Source: Eledone cirrhosa (taxonomy: Eukaryota). Taken from it: a DNA stretch of 64,000 nt. The position numbers and the translations under genes were made by a program. Positions 23,455-40,330 of this stretch are shown in pieces. The stretch's first letter is position 1, and each line of letters opens with the position of its first letter. Location: contig OZ024740.1 of NCBI GenBank assembly GCA_964016885.1, positions 105,524,001-105,588,000 on the forward strand, written 5' to 3'. The notes beneath the pieces are model-generated. The model worked only from the letters and a program-made list of their open reading frames with translations. It was not told the origin of the DNA and did no database searches.

Positions 23455-26400
23455 AGAATAATAATAACAACAACAACAACAACAATAAGAATAATAATGA
23501 TAATGGTTTCTTTATTGGCCACAAGAAAAACATTACAGACGGTACAGAACGGTACAGGACGATATAAAGTGGGTTTTGGCCGTGTAAAAAGATAAGAAGA
23601 TAGAAATGTGTAAATCAAGTTAAAAAAATTCAAACAATGCAGAACTGCATTACAGATGCATCTCAGCAGAAACAAAGAGGGCGGCTTTAAGTGTACAGGC
23701 TGATGTCGAAGCTGCACTGAGGTGCATCAGGGATGACACAGAATACATAGCGAGGGACAGACAACACAGCACTATTTCGGTGCTGTTTAAGTCAGAAGCC
23801 CTCGCTATGAAACATGCAATGACCCCTTTCAAAACCAGCAAGGCCATAATGTACCAATCTCACATGGGAAAAAGAACAGATAGTCGCCGCATTGCCAGGA
23901 TCACACCAGGACTTGACATGTGGTGGCTCCTGGGATGTGTGATTGTGGAGAGGATAGATACCGTCCCGATAGAGGTTACAAGGATTGCTAGAGAGGACTG
24001 GTCCGGAGTTGACCTGGAAATACTTCTCCAGATCAAGCCGGAGAATGTAAAAACAATCCCGGAACACATCCGTCTTCAGAACGGGATGGTAATACATATT
24101 ATGACTGAGAGCAAAAGGCTGCATTGTTTCGAGCCTTCTACCCTCAACTGCTGAAAGATGCAAGGGGTCGAAGGGCTCCACTGCTGCCGACCACCACTAA
24201 CACCAGCACCGGCAAAACCACCAGCAACAACACCAATACAAGCACCACCACCAACATTGACCACCAAGGGGGGAAACGAGGAACATTGCCCCCCACCCCA
24301 CCCCACCCCCAAAGAAACACACACACATGAAAACAAATATAAACACACACACAGACATAGACACAATTACAGACACAGACCCCTCATCTCCCAGTAGTGA
24401 AGATGAGGGAAAACCCAAATCCCCAAAAGACAAAAAGGAAAATAGACAAAAAGTCCACAAAGCACAAAAACACCCATAATAAAAAATGCAGGCACCACCC
24501 ATGCAAACATCTCCCCAACAACACCAACATCAACATCACCAACACCATCACCTTCACCAGAATCTCCGAAACGCAAACAACCTAAACAGACGCAAGAACA
24601 ATTACACACAGAAACATATGAAACCACAGACACCGCACTCACAACAAACACAGACACAACCGAAACAAAACCAACAAAATCATCACCACCACACTCACGC
24701 AAACAAATAAAATCGCACCAACAAAACATATAAAACTTTGTGCTTGTCAGAAGGGCCAAAAGGAATTGATGGCCCTCGTAGCACGAAGTAAAGAAATACA
24801 AACAGAGTGGGAGATTTTTAAATCGAACACATTTCGCGTGCCGGAAGATTTGTTTCTGGTGCGAATGTCGCTCGATTTCTACAAAGGGACTTGAGACAGC
24901 TTTCCTAGGGACATGGGAACCCCGAACGTAAAACCCACATCTAGACTTTTAAAGACATTCCCAAAAGAAACCCCACCAACTATGGAGATCGAACCACCCG
25001 ACCTTCACAAGAGGTAAGTAAACCTTTCTTCTCTCTTTTAGCCTGACAACATGGCCATACTATGAGTAGGAAATTTAAATGTTCGAGGCTTGGGGTCGCC
25101 CTGGAAGCAGGGTCACCTGCTCAACGACCTCAGGTCTCTAGAAATGGATGTAATAGCCGTCAGCGAGACCAGGATTTCCGACATGCACGCACTAGCCCCC
25201 ATTTTCGACGATTATCAGAAATGGGAGGTGGGATGGCAATGTTGTTTAGGAAAGACCTCGATCTCGGGGTAAGGTTGATTTTCCGGGACCCGGACGGTAA
25301 GTTGGTGGTCTTGGACGTGAACAGTAGCGAAGGTGGTGCCCTTAGACTGGTGGCCGTCTGAAGCAGGACTGCCGGACTTCTTTAGACGCCTGGAACCCTT
25401 TCTGGGTACGTCTCGCCCTTTAATGTTAGCGGGGGACTGGGAGGGCATCTTAGACGCACGCTGGGACTGTGTGGGAGTATACGATAGGAGCGTGGGATGC
25501 AAAAGCCTCAAGTACCTGATCAGCCAGTTCCAACTGTCTGACAGGTACCGACTAGATTTCCCTAATGAGTCAGTGTGTCCATCTAGATCGTATATAGACA
25601 GTTTCTTCATTAGGAAAATAGACAGAAATAGTGTAAGCTGTTCACGTTTTAAAACGGTCGCCTATTCAGATCACAAGTTTGTCATCTGCAATTGGTTACT
25701 GAAAGCTGAACATGTCATTTCCGGCACGTAAGGCTTACAGGGAACGGGTCAACAATTTAGTTAAGGAAACGTTGACAGAGGGGATCGTCAACAACAGATG
25801 GTGGGGGGCTCTCAAAAGATAGATTTCGATAGGGTTTAGCAAAGAAGTAGCGTGAGAGAAAAATAGAAAGGAGCAGGAGCTGGTAGATAAGTTAGACGAG
25901 GTTATTTGTAGTGGCATTGCAACTGACGTGCTAGCGGCGAGAATGGCATTAGACCATTTCTTCAATGCGAAACACGAAGGTTGCATTGTCAGAGCTAAGG
26001 CGCGTGCTCTGAGAAACGAGGGAACCAAAGATGTTTGATGGGCCCGCGTGGCGGAGGCTCAGAGTGGTAATAAAACCACAATTCAGTCTTTGGCGGACTG
26101 AGACGCACACGAGCTGAGCGATTCCAGGCGGATGTGTGAGGCCTTTCGCCAGCATTTTACTCGGTTGTTCGGGGTAAGTGGTGGGTCAGAGACGGTGGCG
26201 GATTTCAGTCCCTAACTCGATGGCTTGCCGCAACTTCTGACGGCCGTCGCTGAGCTCTGCGAAAGGCCGATAACATAAACCGAAATTCAGGATGACCTTG
26301 TCGGCTGCACAATGGGCAAGTCAGCCGGTTTGGTTGGTCTGCACTGCGAACTTTACGTAAATACGCCAGAGTTGTTCTCCGATCTCCCTGAAGCGCTCTA

Positions 26401-27140
26401 CTGCAATAGGCAGCAGAACGGGAGTATTCCCAGTTCTGTGAGCCGGGGCGTAGTGACACTGATAAGGAAAGACGAGAACAACAGGGACACATTAGATAAT
26501 TTCAGGCCCATAACTCTGCTCAACACAGAATAAGATTCTGCCCAATGTGTTAGTGAAGAGGTTGGCGCTTGTTGTCGATGATTTGGTTGTGGAGGTGAAA
26601 ACTTGCGCAATCCCGACCAGGTCCATACACGACAACCTCCACCTCATGCCATACATCATAGAGAGGGTAGGGTGTAAACTTTTCTTCGGTGGGGCTCTGA
26701 TCAATTCAGATCAATCGAAAGCATTCGGTAGGGTCGACCATCAGTACCTAGAGGCTGTCCTTCAGATCTCCCGATCGGTCCGTCAAGGGTGCCCTCTCTC
26801 CTCCCTTCTGTACGTATTGACTCTTGAGCCTTTACTGGGGAAGCTGGAGCTGTTGCAGGGCATCCCGCTCGAACCGGGACGCGGAAAGATTGTGTCGGCT
26901 TATGCGGACGACATCACTGTGATGGTGTCGAACACCTCGGAAATCAACGTGGTCGGCAACTTATTGGAAGAATATGAAATGTTGACTTGTGCGAAACTTA
27001 ACCCGGAAAAGTTCGTGGGCTTGCAACTCTGCATCTGGAGAGGCAAGTCCATGTCGTCCAACAGCGCCGTTGGGCGCTGGACGGACGGACCGTTAAAGTT
27101 ACTTGGGGTTTGGTTCGGGCAGACCTCCAGGTGGATAACA
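23455..27140 (+). mobile_element. Degenerate L1/Tx1-clade LINE (ORF1 remnant about 23650-24150; ORF2 APE+RT about 25050-27140)
   Basis: APE: NVRGLG...LLNDLRSLEMDVIAVSETR, LAGDW, YID, SDHK. RT: NFRPITLLNT, HDNLHL, DQSKAFGRVDH, SVRQGCPLSSLLY, AYADDITV, LLGVWF. Many stops. Confidence 0.88.
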
Positions 27141-27659
27141 TCTAGAATAATAGTAACATTAGCACCACAGCCATCCTCACGTCATCCCCATCCCCACCAA
27201 AACCACCACCACCACCACAACAACAACAACAGTAACAGTAGGAACAACACAACCACCACTACCAAAAATTTCACAAAATAAGATTTCCCCTCACTAACTG
27301 CTAGGCAGCCAACAAACCAACAAGGAAGCTAGCAACCCAACTGACCTACCAGCCAGAAAACCAGCCAGATGGTCAACCAGACTCCAGGCCGTGTAACAGA
27401 AACAGAGAAGACATTTGTTATATAATTGTCGAAGTTTAAAAAAGAAAACTTCCACGAGAGAAGAAAGTTAGACGGTAAATAAGATGTCATACCGGCACGT
27501 GTTGCTGCCTCTTTATAGTCGACATTATGATTGCACTATATATTTCAATTCCTCGTCATGAAACGTATGTATGTATGCATTTATTCATGTATGTATTTAT
27601 GTATGTATACTTATGGAAGTAAACAAAATCCGCATGCCACCACCATAAATGAAATTTAA

Positions 27660-28492
27660 GGGTCAATCCGCTTCATAGTTCCGGCCGACAAGATGGAGAA
27701 GATATAGCTCTGGAGGACGACGAGGAAGAGGCGCTGGAATATCCACTCCACCTCGTGGGGCTCGCACCTGTAGGCAGCCAGCTGCGTTCCAATAGCAGTG
27801 AGTAGAGATGTGGTCCGGGTTTTAAGTACACCGGAATTCTCCGCTGCCGCAGGCTCAATCACAAATCTACCGAGCTGGGAAGCGAAACCTGCACCATCCA
27901 GACCATGTTTATGATCTCGGTGAGAGCAGCATGACGTGAGTGGTGACCAGCATTATAATGGCATAACAGTGGGTGGAGTCCGAAACACCGATGCGCAATA
28001 AGTCGTGGTCAAGTGCCAGTCAAAAGTGAAAGTATTGCATTGAGTCAGGTATCACAGTGGGATTGGGCGGTCGAGCAAAAACATGCCAGATATGCAGATC
28101 AACCTGGTGCACCAGCCTGTCTGAGGTCATGTTGCACTGGATAGCGTCCTATTTGTTTTGGTGGACTGGACGTCTACGCAGGAGAGAGGAGGACGGACAT
28201 CCGCAGGGTGAAGGCTGAGCTGGTTCCATATCACGTAGGCCGCCAAAGTATGTTCAGGTTTTGTAGAGAACGTTGTTGATGAGGATACGATAAGAGGTCA
28301 CCGGTGAAACAAAAGCCGGCATGTCCCGTGTAACAGGAGACCGGTGACCGAGACCACCATATATGACGGGTAAAGTGGCCTGTTGCCACCCGGTATGATC
28401 AAACCGAACGTTGCATGTCTCAGTATCCCGTCGTATGAGGGACGTCGAGATTTGTGAGGAGAGATGCTTGGCTGAAGTAGGGGGCTCACCAG
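27660..28492 (-). mobile_element. CRE-clade (restriction-like endonuclease) non-LTR retrotransposon fragment
   Basis: WQQATLPVIYGGLG (CRE RT C-terminus) and ENSGV...TSLLTAIGTQLAAYRCEPHEVEWIFQRL. Confidence 0.7.
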
Positions 28493-28497
28493 AGTTT

Positions 28498-28528
<31 letters not shown>

Positions 28529-29055
28529 CTAGCAGTGGTACTCGGCGTTGCACGGGATAAGGTATTTTTGAACGCGGGCCGCAACAGACATAATCGTAGA
28601 AAAACTGCATGTCTGGACAATATGTAAAGAATATAAACCGAATACTCAGATGGCTGGATAATCTTTAAGATTTTCCTCGATGAAGCAGGAAAAATGCAGG
28701 TTTTCACATAATGCGGGCCCTAGAGGATCAAGAAAATGAATCTTTTTAATGTGCATAATATGCCTTGAAATTTCGAGAAAATCGGCTAGACGTAACGCCT
28801 CAAACAAGCCCTAAAAAGCTGAAAAAAATGAAGTTTTTCACCTATTGCGGGCCCTAGGCCATAGAATAGTTGGATTTTCTTTGCTCACTGTATGAAGAAG
28901 AGACTGACTAATACATAGTTACAATTTCAAGGAAATCGATCTGACGTAACACCTAAAAAAAACCAATAAAAAACTGAAAAAACGCAGTTTTTCACCTAAT
29001 GCGGGCCCTAGGGGATTAAAAAGTCGAATTTTCTTATGTGCATAACACTCCCTGA
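28529..29055 (-). mobile_element. Non-autonomous Helitron 3' part with internal degenerate repeats about 130-155 bp apart
   Basis: The minus strand ends CCCGTGCAACGCCGAGTACCACTGCTAG|T, resembling the Helitron end at 14334. TTTTCAC.TA.TGCGGGCCCTAG occurs three times. Confidence 0.72.
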
Positions 29056-29059
29056 AACA

Positions 29060-31281
29060 TAAGTAATACACATGTAAATAAATCAAGCATATTTCATACA
29101 GAATGTTAAAGCATGTTAAAAGTGTTAAAAATGTTAATTTTAAAAGTGGCATGCAATATCGTAGAGAAATATATGGCGATAAAATGAATAAATTTTGTGT
29201 AATGTATAATGCATAAAATGTAAGTAAATAAAATAGGTAATTGTCATTCAAGAATTTTTAATTTGAGTTTGTGTACAAATGTATTGTACATGGATTTTTT
29301 AAATTTTAGTTGTAATGTGTTTGAGATGTGTAGAGTTTAAAAATATATTTAGTAAAGATTAATTCCACTGTATTACTAGCCATGTTAGTATAGGAAATAT
29401 GTTATACAATGCTTTCCTATCTTTAAATTTTCTATTAAGACATATTTAACTTTGCTTTATGTGCGAGTTCTATTAAGAGTTATTAGACGAAATCTGATGG
29501 TAAAAATTGTTTTAACGTTATGAGTTTAAAAAATAAAGGAAACAATATTAATAAGGGGAGTTAATAACAAAGGGAATTAATTAAGGAAGTATTAAGGTTG
29601 ACAATAAAAGAAAGGTTGTTATATTATTCTAAATTATTTCTTATTATCTATTGAAAATTATCATTCATCAAATGGTGTTATAAATTATAAAATATTATTG
29701 ATTATTTATGAGTTCAAATCCCGCCGAGGTTAACTTTGCCTTTCATCCTTGCGGGGTCGATAAAATAAAGTACCAGTAATGTACTGGGTAATTGCTGGCC
29801 TTGTGCCTAAAGTAGAAACAATTATTGATTATTTATCAATTATATATAAAAGTTATTTATTATTCTTATTTATTCAGATTGTGTAAAGAGAGTTAAATTA
29901 TTAATAACAAGATAGGGATTTATATAATATATCTCAATATATAATGGAGTAATTAGTGCTGTGGACACTGTTGTCAGCTATTTAATTAGTGTTATATATT
30001 ATTTTAGTAGTAAGGATGGAGAGCATAGTAGGGTGCCTAAATTGTTTATTTATTTGGTTATTAAGAAAAATTTGATTTGTATTAGATGAGAGATCTAGGA
30101 AGGAATTTATTAATATATACATATGTTATGGTGATAATTTGATAATTAAGTAAAAGAGAAGGATATCAGATAGGATATGGGGTGGTGTGGTTTGTTAAAG
30201 TTAAATAATTACAAAAAGCGCATGAAATAAACTTAAAGGTAGTAGTAATATAGTAATATATCCAACATTGCTATATATTAGCAATTTGGTTTGAAATAGT
30301 AGAAAGAATATCTGTGGTAATGTGGACACATGGAGAAAATCTCTGATGTTCTATTTAGTATGTTGAGATTTGAATGAATAATAGTGCGAGACTCAAGGAG
30401 GCAAAGTTACAGAATTTGTTAGGTGGTTTAGCTATCACTTCCCATTCAAGGGTATATGGTATATTACTTGTTGTTAATGAGTATATGTAGGTGGATAGTG
30501 AAGTTGCATTACTCAGTCTAGGGTTTCTAAACGAATGAAGGTGCGAGTTATATCTGGTCTTAAAACTATTCGATATTGAACCTATATAAACTTTCGAAAT
30601 TTGATTAGCAGTGACAGTACAGGAGTAGATAATGTCTTTAATAAGGCAATTATTACTTAATGGACAAGTTCTATTAGGTCTACAATTACAATTGTTATGG
30701 TTAATAGTATATTAGTTAAGGGGGTATGATGTTGAACGGTTATTACTGTTTATACTTCTAGTATTAAGATTATGGTAAGTATTAATGTCATTATTATTGG
30801 TATTATTACTATTATTTGCAATATAGTCCTGTACTGAGTTATTATTAAGGTTATTTCTATGCTGGACATTATTAACTTGGTGCAATTTGAAGTATTTATT
30901 AATCTTCTTCTTGATACTGCTAGCTATATGGTCTGCAATGTTAGGTGTGGTAGAGTAAGAGATTTTAATAGTATTTTTGTTAAATAGGTTATGGTATTTA
31001 TGGTTAATGGGGAGGTTTTTATCTATAATTGAGAAGAAAGCTTTAGGTATGTTGGTGGAGACATTTAAGTTGAAAGGAGGATTAAAAAATGTATTACTTC
31101 TATTTTTCTTATGATTTTTATTTATATTATTGTGATTACCTATATTGTTTCGTGTGGTGTTAGGTACAGTATTATTTATAATTTTGATGTTAACATAATT
31201 TTTCTTTATGCGGTTTTTCTTAGGATTATTGTTGTGTTGCGAGTTAATTTTGTTGATACCCTCATCTATTAATGTTTGCAC
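29060..31281 (-). mobile_element. Degenerate PLE (RT thumb, Asn-rich linker, GIY-YIG at about 30290-30700, AT-rich 3' region)
   Basis: FFNPPFN, LFNKNTIKISYSTTPN. After a stop: CNCRPNRTCPLSNNCLIKDIIYSC...VYIGS..FKTRYNSHLHSF...SLSTYIY...LEWEVI. Confidence 0.88.
29710..29820 (+). mobile_element. 5'-truncated SINE with 16-bp target-site duplication
   Basis: ATTATTGATTATTTAT at 29694-29709 and 29821-29836. Confidence 0.88.
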
Positions 31282-31449
31282 GATACATGACTGATAACAA
31301 TTTTATATAGGGACATTTTTATTTTTTGACTGTACAAAAACACAGCAAAGGCTGAAAATGTATAGGAAATAGCAACAATTTCTTTGAAGTGAATAAAGAT
31401 CTAGCTTAGAAACATCAATGAAAGAACACAACACAGTTGTACTAGAACT

Positions 31450-32100
31450 TTTTGCTTTATTCACGGGAAGGTATTTGCATAAAAATATAACATTGCCTAA
31501 AACACTGGTCACAGTATTTTAAACGGTTGGTAGAGGGGGAACACTTGTATCAAATAATCGACTGTGAATATTAGATTAGCGAAAACAATTTGCCAGGACA
31601 TGAGTACTGATTTTGATGAGTTGGTATTTTATACTTCTATTCAGTGGTTTTCAGCAAGAAGTCATCCAAAATTTCAAATTAATGGAAGAACTGAAGTGAT
31701 TTAATCATGTAAACGAAAAAGAGCAATACTGAAATATCCTAAATCAATGAAATTTAGAGATTGCCTACCTATACGAAATGTTGAACAAGCTGAAACTTCA
31801 GTTCAAAGGAAAATGTGTAAACGGATGTAAATGTATTCTCTCATCAAGGTATAATCAAAGCGTTTTTTGAAGATTAAAGATTACGAGAGTGGAGGATGAA
31901 CCTTTAGATAATTTTCCAAGCTATTAGAATTGAAATTATCATTTATTTGGAAATAAAACTATCGTATTTTAGGGGATATGATATTGAGAAAAATATTATT
32001 TTTAGTATTTAAGATTTTTATAGACACATTTTGACAATAAATTATTTAGTAAAAAAAGTACTGAAGATGTTTAATTTTCATATTACTCTACAGTGTCGAG
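31450..32100 (+). pseudogene. Highly decayed hAT (Charlie/Buster-like) transposase remnant
   Basis: EIAYLYEMLNKLKLQFKGK at about 31757 resembles the LAYL.DIF..LN.LNLQLQG block. The rest is degraded. Confidence 0.35.
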
Positions 32101-32322
32101 GATGACAATGGATGAAATACAGTATTCTTCATCAGAAACCGTTTTACTTTTGTTCAAAATATTGTCTAGAGAAACTATAAGAAGTACTTTTAAAAATTAA
32201 ATGATCTGGTGTCAATTCATACGAGAAAGCAATTTATGTGAGCGTGTACGTGAGTTACAAAAATATCTCAACACATGCAATATTATTTCGCTTTTCATTT
32301 ACTTCAACTTACATGTGTAAAT

Positions 32323-32465
32323 AGGCGGTGAATTGACAGAGTTGTCAAAAGTCAGATAGAATGGTTTGTGGTGTTCGTTCTGGTTTTCTTCTCACCGAGT
32401 TCAAAATGCCGCCTTTTATCCTTTCGAGGTCGATAAAAGAATGTACCAGTTTAATACTGGGGCCG
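32323..32465 (+). mobile_element. Diverged SINE
   Basis: GGCGGTGAATTGACAGAG...GAGTTCAAA...GGTCGATAAAA...GTACCAGT. Confidence 0.75.
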
Positions 32466-32637
32466 ATTCTTCCTCTATATCTCATTCTCAATTGCCTTTT
32501 TTCAATTTCTATCCTTCATTGGAAGAAATCTGTTGTATACAGACATAGGGAGATGGGCTCTTCCAGGTTTAAAATGCCCAAGAAACCCCGTATGTTACGG
32601 CGCTTCTAAGACTTCATCACGATTTACGAGACCACGC

Positions 32638-33084
32638 ATCACAAATCTACCGAGCTGGGAAGCGAAACCTGCACCATCCAGACCATGTTTATGATCTCGG
32701 TGAGAGCAGCATGACGTGAGTGGCGACCAGCACTATAATAGCATAACAGTGGGTGGAATCCGAAACACCGATGCGCAATAAGTCGTGGTCAAGTGCCAGT
32801 CAAAAGTGAAAGTATTGCATTGAGTCAGGTATCACAGTGGGATTGGGCGGTCGAGCAAAAACATGCCAGATATGCAGATCAACCTGGTGCACCAGCCTGT
32901 CTGAGGTCATGTTGCACTGGATAGCGTCCTATTTGTTTTGGTGGACTGGACGTCTACGCAGGAGAGAGGAGGACGGACATCCGCAGGGTGAAGGCTGAGC
33001 TGGTTCCATATCACGTAGGCCGCCAAAGTATGTTCAGGTTTTGTAGAGAACGTTGTTGATGAGGATACGATAAGAAGTCACCGG
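32638..33084. repeat. Near-identical local direct duplicate of 27858-28304 (CRE fragment)
   Basis: ATCACAAATCTACCGAGCTGGG...GTCACCGG, with only a few substitutions. Confidence 0.93.
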
Positions 33085-33221
33085 CTATTTCTGGAAATAC
33101 CCGTCGAAACGGCTTGAGCTCTGTCGTCCGGGTCATACTTTCTCCTATTACCCACTCTACTACCCTAAGTATTGAGTACTCTGGTGCCTTATGGTCCATC
33201 TGGTTCTTACCACAACTCCTC

Positions 33222-33255
<34 letters not shown>

Positions 33256-33454
33256 TCATCATCATCATTCATCGACTACTGTCGAGATGATCGATCTCAC
33301 TCTCATGCCCCAGAATTCCCTGTCCCCCATCGCCGCCCCCAGGTCCTGTCTACTGATTCCCGTATCCCTAGAGATAACGTCAGAGAATGGCAGCTTCCTA
33401 CTCCTAGTCAGGCTGGAGTCAGGGTTCCAGAGCAAGAGAGCGGATATATATATA

Positions 33455-34378
33455 TATATAAGTATAAAGAAGTATATAAGTATAAAGAAGTATACATATA
33501 TATAAGTATAAAGAAGTATATAAGTATAAAGAAGTATACATATATATATAAGTATAAAGAAGTATATAAGTATAAAGAAGTATACATATATATATAAGTA
33601 TAAAGAAGTATATAAGTATAAAGAAGTATATATATATATATATATAAGTATAAAGAAGTATATAAGTATAAAGAAGTATACATATATATATATAAGTATA
33701 AAGAAGTATATAAGTATAAAGAAGTATATATATATATATATATATAAGTATAAAGAAGTATATAAGTATAAAGAAGTATACATATATATATATAAGTATA
33801 AAGAAGTATATAAGTATAAAGAAGTATATATATATATATATAAGTATAAAGAAGTATATAAGTATAAAGAAGTATACATATATATATATAAGTATAAAGA
33901 AGTATATAAGTATAAAGAAGTATATATATATATATAAGTATAAAGAAGTATATAAGTATAAAGAAGTATACATATATATATATAAGTATAAAGAAGTATA
34001 TAAGTATAAAGAAGTATACATATATATATATAAGTATAAAGAAGTATATAAGTATAAAGAAGTATACATATATATATATATAAGTATAAAGAAGTATATA
34101 AGTATAAAGAAGTATACATATATATATATAAGTATAAAGAAGTATATAAGTATAAAGAAGTATACATATATATATATAAGTATAAAGAAGTATATAAGTA
34201 TAAAGAAGTATATATATATATATATAAGTATAAAGAAGTATATAAGTATAAAGAAGTATACATATATATATATAAGTATAAAGAAGTATATAAGTATAAA
34301 GAAGTATACATATATATATATAAGTATAAAGAAGTATATAAGTATAAAGAAGTATACATATATATATAAGTATAAAGA
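33455..34378. repeat. Compound minisatellite: (AAGTATAAAGAAGTATAT)2 + variable (TA)n
   Basis: About 20 copies of an approximately 45-bp unit. It is the source of the YTSLYL ORFs. Confidence 0.95.
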
Positions 34379-34611
34379 AAATGTTCAAGCGCAGAAATAC
34401 TATGAAGATAGCTTATAAAATAAGGTGAACACCCTTTAAAGACAGAAAAAGAAGTTGCCATTTGGCCGCTGGGGATAGTATATACGCATTCATAATATTC
34501 CTTTTAATGAAATTTAAGAAAACGCATGTTATTTTAGATATTAAACAGAAAGTTCTTGAACTGGAACAAATTGAGAATCATTCATTTATGCAGTAATTCA
34601 ACCTTCTAGAA

Positions 34612-34917
34612 ATAACTCCGATACTACGGCCATGTGGTTAGAATATCTCAAGAAAGAATTGATGGACAGATTTTACGGTCAAAAACATCAGGAAGGAGAC
34701 CCAGGGGCAGACCCCGAGTAAGGTGGTTACGCTTGGGGATCCAGCTGGATCAATTGGAGACGGTTACCTCTGACAAGACCCACTGGATGGAGTGTTTGAG
34801 GACTCTACTCCCACGACCCTCTCGAGTATAAGTGGGCGAAGAAGAAGAAGAAGAAGAAGAAGAAGAAGAAGAAGAAGAAGAAGAAGAAGAAGAAGAAGAA
34901 GAAGAAGAAGAAGAAGA
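34612..34917 (+). mobile_element. RTE LINE 3' fragment (same family as 4860-5075) with (GAA)n tail
   Basis: LRYYGHVVRISQER...GRRPRGRPRVRW, followed by a long (GAA)n. Confidence 0.82.
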
Positions 34918-35567
34918 TACACTGGACAGTGTAATCCTAGATATACAATGTCCATGAGAAAATATGTTTTGGTTTTATAGTCAGGTTTGTATTCTTGGTT
35001 AATATATCTTTACACCGATTAAATATTTTTATTTGCACACGCATTCTTAAACCAAATAATTTATTAAACATGTCTACGCAAGGAATAAATACATAAATAT
35101 TTCAAACATCTGAGGACTCAGTGTCACCAACTGGATTTTGATTTTCAGTCAAAACCATTAAATTTATGAACGTCCCTGGTGAACCTTTCCAACGTTACAA
35201 CTTTATTTAAATGTAACTTGTTTTCCCCGGCGATCGTTGTAGAATGCATGTGATATATTGGAATTAAAATACAGACATTCTGCTTACTAAATGGTATATA
35301 AAATGTGTCTGTTGTCATTGCGATATTGATTTTGATTAAGTAGATGTAAATGTCGAGAAAAGAAGGAGAAAAATGATGAGAAAGAAGGAAATATTGTCTT
35401 GCCATTTCCATAGTAGACATTAATAAGCCGAATTACCTATGATCATGGTTGGCTATGTTGTTTTGATGCGTTAAATATCTTGTTGCATTGGCTGAACTAC
35501 AATTCACGTGCATCTGTATGCGTATGAGATGGAGAGAAGCTGACACACACACACACACACAAACACA

Positions 35568-39285
<3,718 letters not shown>

Positions 39286-39320
39286 TATATATATATATAT
39301 ATAATATCATGCCATCAGAA

Positions 39321-39433
39321 ACAGTTTCTGATGACATGATTGAGTAAGCATCGTATTTAAAATTGAGTGGCACTGTTTTCTAGGTGTTCAGCAATTTTTA
39401 GACAACTCAATCAGAGAAACAATGTTAGACTGT
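39321..39433 (+). ncRNA. Hammerhead with long stem-II insertion (same family as 20087)
   Basis: ACAGTTT-CTGATGA-CA TGATTGAGT...ACTCAATCA GA-GAAA-CAATG-TT-AGACTGT, then AATAAA and the same TTTTGTACTGTTGACCATGTTATTCTTCACT tail. Confidence 0.78.
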
Positions 39434-39494
39434 AAATAAATTCCCCTTTTTTGTACTGTTGACCATGTTATTCTTCACTTTTTCAATTATATAT

Positions 39495-39525
<31 letters not shown>

Positions 39526-39859
39526 GGCGAAGGGTGACTTGGAAAGCACTTCTACCAACAGTCCACGCTTCGAGCTTGATACCCTCTCCATGGACTTGAT
39601 GTATTCCCCATTAGTAACACTCTGTTGACAGATCTACCATGATGACCTTTATTGGTTACGAGGGAAATCTGAGTAAATAATAAACCTCCAAATAATGAAA
39701 TATTTAAATTCATTTGTAAATCAGTTCGATTATTCGTTTCTTTTTCGAAAATTCATAGATCGCTTTGCTATAAAATGTATTAGCACCACGCTCCTCTACC
39801 TTCATCTTCTTAAAAAGGTCTTTATTCATAGAAATGAAGACTAAATTGCTCAATTTCTC

Positions 39860-40330
39860 TTCACTTTGAGAACACCTCATATAATTATTTACTCGCTTTT
39901 ATGAAGCAAACGATCTCTCACCGGAATCAGATGTAGTAGGTCTGGTCAGAATCAGACGTAGTAATTTTGTTACTTCTGCCTTGGCTAATTCTGAAGCATT
40001 CCAATCCTCTGGATTTTCTAATATGGTTGAAAATAGCTCAGAAAATACAGTAATTTTGTCGGAAAAATGGATACTTGTCGAGATGAATAATTCCAAAGTG
40101 TCTCAGATAACTTTGGAAATCGCCTTCCAGCGATTTCATCCAGTAGTGCTATTCGGTCCGTCGACTTTGAGAAAAAAGTTGTAACTCCTTTTACAGTTTG
40201 GAAGAAAATTGAACATTCACAAATACTTGAAGCTGATTGAGAGTACAACATTTAGTGAATCTGCATAACAATGTATAGATATGACATTCGCACCAAATAT
40301 ATTTTTCTAATTTTGTTTGCATTTCGTTCA
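39860..40330 (-). pseudogene. hAT-superfamily transposase remnant
   Basis: IHCYADSLNV...QSASSICECSIFFQTVKGVTTFFSKSTDRIALLD...RRFPKLSETLWNYSSR, matching the hAT HCxAHxLNL...TRW blocks. Confidence 0.78.

Noticed and set aside
33265-34461. 398-aa YTSLYL-repeat ORF; CRISPR-like repeat/spacer appearance
   Set aside because: This is a minisatellite. The spacers are only (TA)n, the context is eukaryotic, and there are no cas genes.
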